A stretch of 64,000 nucleotides of DNA. It comes from a virus. The stretch is taken from positions 9,553 to 73,552 of the IMG/VR virus record IMGVR_UViG_3300044620_000614; one strand, given 5' to 3'. Below the pieces are notes generated by a model. The model worked only from the letters and a program-made list of their open reading frames with translations. It made no database searches and was not told the origin of the DNA. Shown here one piece after another: positions 1 through 7,607 of this stretch (the stretch's first letter is position 1; each line of letters begins with the position of its first letter). A program made the position numbers and the translations under genes.

Positions 1-64
1 ACTGTCTCCTAATCGATCCCCGGTATTCAAATCCCTCCAACCACCTCTATTTATAATAGGCAAG

Positions 65-277
65 TTATCTGGCTCTAACATTTATTCGTTTTGCTCTGCG
101 AATATTCTCTTGATTTGCAGTGCTGACCATGACCAGTTCTGGAGCAGTCTTGTGTGCCCAATCCATAAAACCCATCATTGGCTTTGCTTCTGAGCAACCA
201 ACACAGGTATCTACGCCAGGAAGTGCTTCCTGACGAGCCTTGGGAATATTCTTTTCACAATTCTTACACTTAGCCAT
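65..277 (-). CDS. DksA/TraR C4 zinc-finger protein
   Basis: CKNCEKNIPKARQEALPGVDTCVGC matches the CxxC-IP-R-ALPG-CxxC TraR/DksA pattern. Confidence 0.75.
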   Translation of the reverse strand: MAKCKNCEKNIPKARQEALPGVDTCVGCSEAKPMMGFMDWAHKTAPELVMVSTANQENIRRAKRINVRAR

Positions 278-280
278 TTG

Positions 281-475
281 TTACCTCACAAAGAAAGAGT
301 TCTTGACAGTCTTACGCTGAACTGCGAAAAAAGCATCACCGTGCATCTTTCGCGTCTTAAGTGTCACCTTACCGAGACCCCGTTTGGCAATTTGTGTAGT
401 CACTTGCTTCTTGAAGGCATTACCTTCCCTCTCAGCAGCCATATCAAACTCATCCCAATGTCTCTTGCGATTCAT
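281..475 (-). CDS. small basic hypothetical protein
   Basis: ORF with GGAG RBS, downstream of the sigma70-like promoter at 517-544. Confidence 0.6.
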   Translation of the reverse strand: MNRKRHWDEFDMAAEREGNAFKKQVTTQIAKRGLGKVTLKTRKMHGDAFFAVQRKTVKNSFFVR

Positions 476-516
476 AATATAACTCCAAATAAAAGAGGAC
501 GCACTTCTCGTCCTCT

Positions 517-544
517 AGTATAGTCTTATTTAGTTGTAAGTCAA
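517..544 (-). promoter_or_regulatory. sigma70-like promoter
   Basis: TTGACT-16 nt-TATACT on the minus strand. Confidence 0.6.
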
Positions 545-615
545 GTTTTGGGTCTTAGGTCTTTATGGGCCTGTGTCGCACATACACAGGTATGTAGACT
601 TCGGTATGAGTGGCC

Positions 616-1074
616 TTATAGAGTGAAGGAAGATGCTCCCTTTGCTCTCATAGCGGCCGCCTTGTCTCTTCTTAAACCAGCCAAAGCCTTTTCTGCTTTG
701 TCTACGTTCTTAGAAGCCTCTATCTTGCCACATTCGACTTTAAGTTCATCAAAGTCTTGTTGAATTAATTTTTGTTTATCTGGATTATTCTTGGCACTAG
801 CATGTTGTCTTTGGAGTGCAGCCAATCTTTCATGACAACGAATGACTTCCTTGTCCAACATTTCTGCACCCTCTTTACGACGTTGCATTGCTTCCATACC
901 ACCGGATACAGCGGCTTTAGCCAAAGGACCACCAACAACATCTAAAGCGGCAGAACCTATTGTTTTACCAATACCACCCAATGCACCCTTTAAGAAAGAG
1001 CCAATTTGCTCTTCAACGGGTTCTTGGCATCCGCAATCTTCTTGTGAATTTAAATATTGTGAGAAGTTCTTCAT
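616..1074 (-). CDS. late protein, putative internal head protein (starts MKNFSQYL)
   Basis: TATAAATA at 1083-1090 just upstream; the longer ORF-track start overlaps tRNA-Pro. Confidence 0.65.
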   Translation of the reverse strand: MKNFSQYLNSQEDCGCQEPVEEQIGSFLKGALGGIGKTIGSAALDVVGGPLAKAAVSGGMEAMQRRKEGAEMLDKEVIRCHERLAALQRQHASAKNNPDKQKLIQQDFDELKVECGKIEASKNVDKAEKALAGLRRDKAAAMRAKGASSFTL

Positions 1075-1094
1075 AGTGCCAGTATTTATAATAG

Positions 1095-1168
1095 TCGGAG
1101 AAACAGGATTTGAACCTGCGACCTCCTGGTCCCAAACCAGGCGCACTACCAAACTGTGCTACTCTCCG
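1095..1168 (-). tRNA. tRNA-Pro(TGG)
   Basis: cloverleaf CGGAGAG...CTGGT-TTGGGAC-CAGG...GGTTCAAATCC. Confidence 0.95.
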
Positions 1169-1170
1169 AA

Positions 1171-1260
1171 CGGATAGAGAGGGATTCGAACCCCCGGTAA
1201 GTATCTAGTACCTACGGCGGTTTAGTAAACCGCAGCCTTAAACCACTCGGCCATCTATCC
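1171..1260 (-). tRNA. tRNA-Ser(ACT), long variable arm
   Basis: anticodon arm GCGGT-TTACTAA-ACCGC, long variable arm, G73, GGTTCGAATCC. Confidence 0.9.
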
Positions 1261-1263
1261 AAA

Positions 1264-1352
1264 AGCGTAGTGGAGGACTTGCACCTCTGTTGCTCTGTAT
1301 CAAATCACCCCTTGCAAGTAGGCGATTCTAGTCAGCGTTAACTGAACTACGC
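1264..1352 (-). ncRNA. tRNA-like RNA with non-canonical core
   Basis: 7-bp acceptor stem GCGTAGT/ACTACGC and T-arm GAGG-TGCAAGT-CCTC; D and anticodon regions atypical. Confidence 0.6.
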
Positions 1353-1356
1353 AGAA

Positions 1357-1438
1357 TGCGAGCGGAGGGACTCGAACCCCCGAAGTCGAATGACAACAGA
1401 TTTACAGTCTGTCCTCGTTGCCGCTTGAGTACACTCGC
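1357..1438 (-). tRNA. tRNA-Tyr(GTA)
   Basis: ACAGA-CTGTAAA-TCTGT, long variable arm. Confidence 0.95.
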
Positions 1439-1442
1439 AAAA

Positions 1443-1515
1443 TACCCAAGGTCGGGATCGAACCGACGACTTCTTCCGTGTAAAGGAAGCACTCTAGCCG
1501 CTGAGTTACTCGGGT
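1443..1515 (-). tRNA. tRNA-Val(TAC)
   Basis: CTTCC-TTTACAC-GGAAG. Confidence 0.95.
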
Positions 1516-1845
1516 TTAAATCTTGGCAATAATGATTCCAAGTACGGAAATCACACAACCAATAATTGTCTTAGTATCTATTTTAAAATCAAAGAGAAAA
1601 AGCGGAAATGCTAGGACCATAATTGTCACACCAACATCCCAAATACAATTAATAATCATGATTGTATTTGGATCTTTATAGTGACGAACCAAACAAGTCC
1701 AAGCAGTCACACTCAATATTGCTGCAATTGCTGCCAAGGTATATGCAAAGAATGCATTCTTTTGACATTTATCTGAATACGCAACAATCGCATACAAATA
1801 ACTGGAAACGGTAATAGCAATAAATCCAATAATATAAGGCATCAT
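1516..1845 (-). CDS. small 4-TM membrane protein (DMT/SMR-like)
   Basis: four hydrophobic segments; start moved to MMPY because the ORF-track start overlaps tRNA-Asn. Confidence 0.6.
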   Translation of the reverse strand: MMPYIIGFIAITVSSYLYAIVAYSDKCQKNAFFAYTLAAIAAILSVTAWTCLVRHYKDPNTIMIINCIWDVGVTIMVLAFPLFLFDFKIDTKTIIGCVISVLGIIIAKI

Positions 1846-1848
1846 AAA

Positions 1849-1921
1849 CTCCCCGAACTGGACTCGAACCAGTGACATGCGAGTTAACAGCTCGCCGCTC
1901 TACCAACTGAGCTATCAGGGA
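1849..1921 (-). tRNA. tRNA-Asn(GTT)
   Basis: GCGAG-CTGTTAA-CTCGC. Confidence 0.95.
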
Positions 1922-2295
1922 ATGTTTCTCAAAATTCCGTCCAAACTTCTCATCAGTACCGGATCATTCCAACAACCGGCAACTTTAAGAATTTTGTAAC
2001 CAAAATTCTGAAGCAAAGTATGTATGTTGTTTCCACCAACAGGATTCATGGTATGAACAACGACCATACCACACTTAATATTATGCTCTACCATGTATTT
2101 TGCAACATCATAACCGGTCTTAATTTCATCACCAAGATCGTGATCTAAAAACACAATATCGTATTGGCGATAACCAAAACCATTAGTTGCAGCATTATAG
2201 TTGATAGCCCAAGCCGCACACCAATTCATTTCTGTTGCTTGCTTGGAATATTCACTCCAACGCTCAGTACTATCATCTACAAACAAAGTATTCAT
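1915..2295 (-). CDS. cyclic-phosphate-processing receiver (REC) domain protein
   Basis: LFVDD...LDHDLG...TGYDVAKY...VHTMNPVG motifs. Confidence 0.75.
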   Translation of the reverse strand: MNTLFVDDSTERWSEYSKQATEMNWCAAWAINYNAATNGFGYRQYDIVFLDHDLGDEIKTGYDVAKYMVEHNIKCGMVVVHTMNPVGGNNIHTLLQNFGYKILKVAGCWNDPVLMRSLDGILRNIP

Positions 2296-2663
2296 TTTTC
2301 TTCTGTCTTTTCTTGTTTCGTTCTGGCTTCTAATGAGTCATAATAGTCCATGCGCTCAATGGCATCTTGAAGCCCATAATACTTTGCCATAATCTTTTCT
2401 TCTACAAATTCAATACGAATTTGCAAATCTTTGCGCTTTGGGTTATCATAATAATTCTTGGTTTCACCCTTATGTTGTTCAATAAGACAACCTTGGGCTT
2501 CTCTCAAGTAACCGTGTTCTTCTAGAAGAACAGCAATTGGTGCGTACTTCAAACGGAATGTAAACTTATCAAAAGTTTCATCTAAAACCCAATTGATGGC
2601 ACCTTTTGGTGACCATAATTTTGTAATTTTATCAATAGACTTTTTAACTCTCTTCTTTGCCAT
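2292..2663 (-). CDS. hypothetical protein
   Basis: ORF with AGGAG RBS before MAKKRV. Confidence 0.6.
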   Translation of the reverse strand: MAKKRVKKSIDKITKLWSPKGAINWVLDETFDKFTFRLKYAPIAVLLEEHGYLREAQGCLIEQHKGETKNYYDNPKRKDLQIRIEFVEEKIMAKYYGLQDAIERMDYYDSLEARTKQEKTEEK

Positions 2664-2865
2664 CTTTATGCTCCTGATGAAACACAATAAAATGTTCCGG
2701 TACATCTTCTGGATTGTTCTCTGCTCTTATCTTTGCTCGGTTATATTCAACATCAGTTAAAAGTAATGATGTTACTTCTCCGTTGGCATCAACATGTGCA
2801 ACAAAATAATACTCTTCGTTTGCAGTTGGCTTCTTGTTTTTGTTTTTAATTTTTCCCTTGGCCAT
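2644..2865 (-). CDS. hypothetical protein
   Basis: tightly packed ORF. Confidence 0.6.
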   Translation of the reverse strand: MAKGKIKNKNKKPTANEEYYFVAHVDANGEVTSLLLTDVEYNRAKIRAENNPEDVPEHFIVFHQEHKDGKEES

Positions 2866-3053
2866 TAACCGCTCTCCTCGTCGAATCTACGACGAATATC
2901 CTGTTTGTGATAAAATCCCATCAACTCATCACGAACATCATTTAGTAAATCGACAATACTATCAGTAGTATATTCGTGCATTAAAGCACGAGGCGTAGAC
3001 AATTCTAGTAGCGCCTTGTTGATTCGTTCGATTGTGTAATACTTTGGATTCAT
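2865..3053 (-). CDS. hypothetical protein
   Basis: ORF from MNPKYY, immediately after tRNA-Leu. Confidence 0.5.
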   Translation of the reverse strand: MNPKYYTIERINKALLELSTPRALMHEYTTDSIVDLLNDVRDELMGFYHKQDIRRRFDEESG

Positions 3054-3056
3054 AAG

Positions 3057-3130
3057 TAGCACGGGTGGGACTCGAACCCACACTACACAGATTTTAAGTC
3101 TATTGACTCTGCCGATTGGTCTACCGTGCC
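3057..3130 (-). tRNA. tRNA-Leu(TAA), short variable loop
   Basis: ATAGA-CTTAAAA-TCTGT with a 5-nt variable region. Confidence 0.9.
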
Positions 3131-3134
3131 GTAG

Positions 3135-3217
3135 TACCCGCAGTAGGACTTGAACCTACACGCTTCTTAGGGCAGCGGATTTTGAATCCGCTGTGTCTGC
3201 CATTCCACCATGCGGGC
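3135..3217 (-). tRNA. tRNA-Leu(CAA)
   Basis: GCGGA-TTCAAAA-TCCGC, long variable arm. Confidence 0.95.
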
Positions 3218-3226
3218 GTGAACTGT

Positions 3227-3255
3227 ATTATATCATGCCTCTGTCTTCAATGCAA
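3227..3255 (-). promoter_or_regulatory. sigma70-like promoter for the tRNA-Leu operon
   Basis: TTGCAT-17 nt-TATAAT. Confidence 0.65.
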
Positions 3256-3257
3256 GT

Positions 3258-3600
3258 GGTTGTTGAGGATTTCTCCCCAACAACCGTGATCCGTTCAGTC
3301 GCGGGTGGATCAGACCCCACTGCTTCAAGCAGCCATTGCCATTGGTGCGGCAATCAATTTTTGCAACTGTTTATTTACGACACTTGTTACCCGTGTCGGG
3401 TATCTCCTTCTTCATTACTCTGCGTCAATCGAAGCCAGTTCAGCCCCTTAAATACCTGAAGCCCGGGCTTCAGGAATTGCCCCCTGCAAAGAGGACTTTA
3501 CTCGCCATCTCTAATAGACTTGCAGAATCTATTTCGGTTAGGCTAATGGAGCCGAGGGGAATCGAACCCCTGTGTTGTTCGCATTTCAATCCAATATCAA
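3258..3600 (-). ncRNA. ssrA: circularly permuted (two-piece) tmRNA
   Basis: acceptor piece ...GGGGTTCGATTCCCCTCGGCTCCA (ends at 3547) precedes the coding piece GGGGCTGAACTGGCTTCGA (starts at 3447); G3-U70 pair, pk1, tag AAPMAMAA* at 3351-3325. Confidence 0.88.
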
Positions 3601-3616
3601 CAATACCAAAGATTAT

Positions 3617-3889
3617 TTAGTCCATTTCCTTTTGATCGCTTATAAAGTCGTCATATAGACCAAGTTCTTCATCTAATTGTGCCAGTCTATCAAGTGCGTC
3701 GCGGCGAGGAGTATTTAGAATATGCACTGCTTCTTTTACAATAGAAGCCAATCCATGCACATCGCCCTTTTTTAGCGTTTCGCTGTAGTATCCATCATAG
3801 TCTACGAGGATAGCCCATGCGCGGAACATAGTTTCTCTAAGTTCCTTATTTTCTTTTTCAAGTTGCTTAATCTTTTCTTCGTTACTCAT
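3617..3889 (-). CDS. hypothetical coiled-coil protein
   Basis: ORF from MSNEEK. Confidence 0.55.
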   Translation of the reverse strand: MSNEEKIKQLEKENKELRETMFRAWAILVDYDGYYSETLKKGDVHGLASIVKEAVHILNTPRRDALDRLAQLDEELGLYDDFISDQKEMD

Positions 3890-4121
3890 CCTTACCCTTT
3901 CCCCAACCATTTTGAAACTTTTGCATCGCTTCGCGTTTAATTTGAGAAATTTCTTTTTCTAAATTTAAAACTCGTTCACGTAACTTATCGTTTTCAATTT
4001 CCAACATTTGATTACGCAAACGCAATGCTTGATTATTCATCAAGACATCTTCAAACTCCCAAGAACGCTCAGGAGTTCTATCAGTCTGCTCCTTCAGAAA
4101 ATCCTTGTGATCCATACTCAT
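3882..4121 (-). CDS. hypothetical coiled-coil protein
   Basis: ORF with AAGGA RBS. Confidence 0.55.
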   Translation of the reverse strand: MSMDHKDFLKEQTDRTPERSWEFEDVLMNNQALRLRNQMLEIENDKLRERVLNLEKEISQIKREAMQKFQNGWGKGKDE

Positions 4122-4249
4122 GTTTCGTTCCTTTTGGTTCTCTAAGTAATCGAATTTCATACATGGCATCTTTGCAAACATCTCTAACTTCAGGTTGCGC
4201 CCACTGCCATTTGTTTGCTAATTCTTGCAATCTATCTAGTATGTCTGTA

Positions 4250-4522
4250 TTATTCATATCTAACCTTAATCTTTGCGTAACCTTTTTCCGAATCTAGTAT
4301 TTCAATAGAACGGACTTTAGCATCCATATCTATCTCAATCATTGGATCACCGACCATTAAAAATGGACCACCTTCAAAGTCAAACATTTCGGTGGTATTA
4401 TCTTTGTCAACCGTAGAACAACGATAGTACAGAGTTTCCCCTTCAATAATTAGGGAACCATCTGCATCTTCTGTAATTAAACGATTAACTCCGTATCTTG
4501 ATTTTATCAGTTTTACCATCAT
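4250..4522 (-). CDS. hypothetical protein
   Basis: ORF with DFEGGPF motif. Confidence 0.6.
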   Translation of the reverse strand: MMVKLIKSRYGVNRLITEDADGSLIIEGETLYYRCSTVDKDNTTEMFDFEGGPFLMVGDPMIEIDMDAKVRSIEILDSEKGYAKIKVRYE

Positions 4523-4526
4523 ATAG

Positions 4527-4599
4527 TGCGGTAGGAGAGAATCGAACTCTCATGTCGGGTTTGGAAAACCCGCGTAATGAGCCATTATACGACGACCGC
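4527..4599 (-). tRNA. tRNA-Gly(TCC)
   Basis: CGGGT-TTTCCAA-ACCCG. Confidence 0.9.
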
Positions 4600-4798
4600 T
4601 TGTTTTCGCGCTCTTTTGCCATAAAGAGCCCTTGACTGATGCCACTATGGTTTCCATCTTGATAACCATTGTGATAAGCAGTTCTATAGTACCAAATTTG
4701 AAAGGCAATGATAGCGCACAGACCTGATATCGAAAGTAGTATTGTTTCCATGCAAGTATGTTTGCCTTACCATATTTTGAACCGAATCTTAACTTTAG

Positions 4799-4872
4799 TA
4801 CACCTACGGGGACTCGAACCCCGAGTCACCGCCTTGAAAGGGCGGGGATTTAGCCGGTTAATCTATAGGTGC
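4799..4872 (-). tRNA. tRNA-Glu(TTC)
   Basis: CCGCC-CTTTCAA-GGCGG. Confidence 0.95.
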
Positions 4873-4926
4873 AGAAAGCCCCAATCACAAATCATAATAT
4901 ACGCCGGGGCCCAGCGAATGTATATA

Positions 4927-5472
4927 TCAACCTATTTGCACTCCGTTGCAAACCTTAGAGCAGTAATCATACATTGCGATACCGCTGGCTGTTCCAACAT
5001 TTAGACTTCTCACTGATCCATACTGCCTAATATACACCAACTCATCACACAAGTCAAGCAGTTTCTTCGGGATTCCAATCTGCTCCTGTCCAAAAATCAT
5101 GAGGACAGGCTTACTGCATGGCCAACTAAACTCATCAATTGGCTTAGCATCTCCAACATTGTCAACACCAACAACATACATGCCACGCATTGCCTTTAGA
5201 AGTTCTGCTTCTTGATCTTCCTTAAAATGGCGGAAGTGGGTATAGTTGTGTGTACCGACAGTTCCACGACGATCATATTGCTTATTTCCATAAATCCAAA
5301 CGGAGTTGGCTAGAAATGCATTAGCATTACGAATCACCGTAGCAATGTTGAAATCATTTCCAAGATTACTGCAAAGAACAGTAAAGTTGTTGCGCTTGGT
5401 GTCAAGATCTGCAACAATATCATCGTGCTTCCAATAATGATAGTGGTCGATGATGTTACGAGTTTCGCTCAC
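4927..5472 (-). CDS. TrmH/SpoU-family RNA 2'-O-methyltransferase
   Basis: NIATVIRNANAF, IFGQEQIGI, SLNVGTASGIAMY; GTG start after AAGGAGG. Confidence 0.9.
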   Translation of the reverse strand: MSETRNIIDHYHYWKHDDIVADLDTKRNNFTVLCSNLGNDFNIATVIRNANAFLANSVWIYGNKQYDRRGTVGTHNYTHFRHFKEDQEAELLKAMRGMYVVGVDNVGDAKPIDEFSWPCSKPVLMIFGQEQIGIPKKLLDLCDELVYIRQYGSVRSLNVGTASGIAMYDYCSKVCNGVQIG

Positions 5473-5702
5473 TTGTCGTCCTCCTTTCGTGGCACAGGGA
5501 CAATCGTCACCAGATCGTCGGGAGGTGCAGGAAGGTCGCGCACACCGCGTAGCACCTCTTGACCGAGCAACAGCAAGCGACATTCCCGCCTCGCCTCGTC
5601 GCGCTCTTTGATTAGCCGCTCAATCACTTCTGCGATCTCATCGGCACAGTTGATGCTGTGAGACAGTCTCTTGATCCTTGCGATGGCATCGTGTTCGTTC
5701 AC
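5469..5702 (-). CDS. hypothetical protein (GC-rich)
   Basis: GTG start after AAGGAGG; promoter TTGACA-17 nt-TATACT at 5725-5753. Confidence 0.55.
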   Translation of the reverse strand: MNEHDAIARIKRLSHSINCADEIAEVIERLIKERDEARRECRLLLLGQEVLRGVRDLPAPPDDLVTIVPVPRKEDDK

Positions 5703-5871
5703 TTGGTTTCCTCCTTGTCGGTAGAGTATAGCAGGTAAATAGTGTGGTGTCAAGCAAACATCTTGCGGATCTGCTGGTAGCCGTAGTATGCCATCACGGA
5801 CACTCCCATGACGATGGCTGCGGCTTTGATGTACTTCCAAAAGTTATTCATGGCTTTTTCCTTTCTGTGTT

Positions 5872-6243
5872 TCAGTTGATGACTTCTGCTGTGACGGGAA
5901 CGGGCTTTGACCGCTTCCCATACTTCTTATAGATGGTGTAGGCAAGGTAGGCAAACGCCGCCAAGACACCCATCTTCAACAGGGACGAGAACCATCCGCT
6001 GCTGGGCTTCTCATTGGGCTTGCTCTCCGCTTCCTCGGTGTGTGCGTGGTTCTTCTTGCAAGCACATCCCGAAAAGTAGAGACTGCTGTAGTGGCGCAAC
6101 TCGGATTCAAGATGACGAATCTTGTTGTCCTTGCTCAAGAGTTTCCACTTGGTGTCATACAAGTGAATCACGTAGAGCAAGAACACCACGACGAATCCGA
6201 CTGTGGAAAGTCCAAGCAAAATGTTGAGATTGTGTGGGGTCAC
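5872..6243 (-). CDS. membrane protein, 2 TM
   Basis: two hydrophobic helices; GTG start after AAGGAGG. Confidence 0.55.
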   Translation of the reverse strand: MTPHNLNILLGLSTVGFVVVFLLYVIHLYDTKWKLLSKDNKIRHLESELRHYSSLYFSGCACKKNHAHTEEAESKPNEKPSSGWFSSLLKMGVLAAFAYLAYTIYKKYGKRSKPVPVTAEVIN

Positions 6244-6677
6244 TTGCAGTCCTCCTTGTAAGGAACATAACGATCCATTCGGTGTTCTTCGCAAACTGTT
6301 TTAAGCCAAAAACCACCTTGAGTTACACAAACTTGACCGGGATTACCACAAACTTCACAAGTCTTGCCACTCTTTCTTTCCGCTTCAATAATCCAATCAA
6401 AAATTTGATTATCGGCACCACTAACATAGAAACGAAGAGTGCCAAACTTTTCTTTGACCTGTTCTATGCGGAATGGGAATTCAACATCCACGAACTTATC
6501 ACGATTGGTATCAAGATAGTTTTCTATCTTTTGTAGAAGTTCATGTAGAAGTTCAGTCCAACCAATACCACACTCTATACCAAAAAGAATGCAACAACCT
6601 TCATTCTTAAAGCACAGGGGATACTTTGATTTCCAATCTTCGAAATTAAATTCTTTGCTTGTCATTTTGAAAAACAT
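6240..6677 (-). CDS. conserved phage protein (QxKEKFGxLRFY-CxxCG family)
   Basis: CGIGW...QVKEKFGTLRFY...CEVCG. Confidence 0.7.
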   Translation of the reverse strand: MFFKMTSKEFNFEDWKSKYPLCFKNEGCCILFGIECGIGWTELLHELLQKIENYLDTNRDKFVDVEFPFRIEQVKEKFGTLRFYVSGADNQIFDWIIEAERKSGKTCEVCGNPGQVCVTQGGFWLKTVCEEHRMDRYVPYKEDCK

Positions 6678-6846
6678 CCGGGTAGCGTTGTTCTATGGAA
6701 TAATCCATAGGGAAGTGCTTACAAACTCTGTACGCTCGCTGCCGAACTGCCTTGGGTACGCGAGGAGTCTTTGACGGATCAAGTAGATCGTAAAGAAATC
6801 TACGAACTGCTTGTAAACTTTGAACTTCTTCGTTCGGTAAAGTCAT
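6646..6846 (-). CDS. BPSL0761-like small protein
   Basis: MTLPNE...TPRVPKAVRQRA...KHFP. Confidence 0.65.
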   Translation of the reverse strand: MTLPNEEVQSLQAVRRFLYDLLDPSKTPRVPKAVRQRAYRVCKHFPMDYSIEQRYPDVFQNDKQRI

Positions 6847-6848
6847 AA

Positions 6849-6919
6849 TGCGCGATTCAGGGATTGAACCTGATTGAACCCGTTATAAGCGGGTCTGCGA
6901 AGCCATCCGCCCATCGCGC
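6849..6919 (-). tRNA. tRNA-Ile(TAT)
   Basis: ACCCG-CTTATAA-CGGGT; acceptor stem GCGCGAT/ATCGCGC. Confidence 0.85.
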
Positions 6920-6968
6920 TTGTAAATCCTACCACTTATATATATAAGTATATCAAGGAGTATCCATT

Positions 6969-7382
6969 ATGTCAAGCAATAAAACCAAAAAAGTATTCTG
7001 CACAAATTGTGGAACATGGTGTGGTTCTGGCAGAAAATACTGTAAAGACTGTCGATTAAAAAGGAAACAAGAATTAAAAGAGCAATCAATAAATGCCAAA
7101 AAATCTGATGCAATTTATACACATGGTCATATTTCAAATAAATATGCAAAAATAAGATACCACGCAAGACATGATTTTGAAAAATCAATAACTAAATGTC
7201 AAAAATGTGGTTATGATAAACATGTTGAAATATGTCATATCAAATCCATAAAAGAGTTTCCCGATAGTGCAACCATAGCAGAAATAAACAACAAATCAAA
7301 TATTATTGGTCTTTGTCCAAATTGTCATTGGGAATTTGATCATGGACTATTAAATATTACTACTGCCATAATTGATAACTGA
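6969..7382 (+). CDS. HNH endonuclease (probable homing endonuclease)
   Basis: CQKCG...EICHIK...NIIGLCPNCHWEFD; AT-rich and opposite in orientation to its neighbours. Confidence 0.85.
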   Translation: MSSNKTKKVFCTNCGTWCGSGRKYCKDCRLKRKQELKEQSINAKKSDAIYTHGHISNKYAKIRYHARHDFEKSITKCQKCGYDKHVEICHIKSIKEFPDSATIAEINNKSNIIGLCPNCHWEFDHGLLNITTAIIDN

Positions 7383-7607
7383 TTTTCTATTGTTCACATG
7401 ACCTGAAGGAGTCTTGATGAAGTAGTTGCTCTTTTGGCGATCTTCGTCGTGACCAAGACGATAGTTGATCTGTTCAAGACCAAGTTCGCGCATTCGCTTT
7501 TCGGAAATGCCATTATCAAAACAAAAGCGAATGATTTCCTTTGCTACTTCTAGAGCCTGTGCTTCGTCACCATTAATTGGAATGTCGATGTGTAATCTGT
7601 AGGTCAT
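7350..7607 (-). CDS. hypothetical protein
   Basis: ORF, coupled to the upstream gene. Confidence 0.6.
   Translation of the reverse strand: MTYRLHIDIPINGDEAQALEVAKEIIRFCFDNGISEKRMRELGLEQINYRLGHDEDRQKSNYFIKTPSGHVNNRKSVINYGSSNI

Noticed and set aside
1-55. Possible 5' end of another ncRNA after TATAAATA on the minus strand
   Set aside because: Truncated by the window edge; too little sequence to call.
1328-1558. ORFs overlapping tRNA genes (also 3193-3620 and 9472-9921)
   Set aside because: They overlap structured RNA genes and show no protein features.
3547-3575. Isolated pseudo-tRNA half (attachment-site remnant)
   Set aside because: It pairs with the 5' end at 3447 and is explained by the permuted tmRNA; no integrase nearby.
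4485-4751. TM-containing ORF reading through tRNA-Gly
   Set aside because: The N-terminal part may be real, but dual coding across the tRNA cannot be supported from sequence alone.
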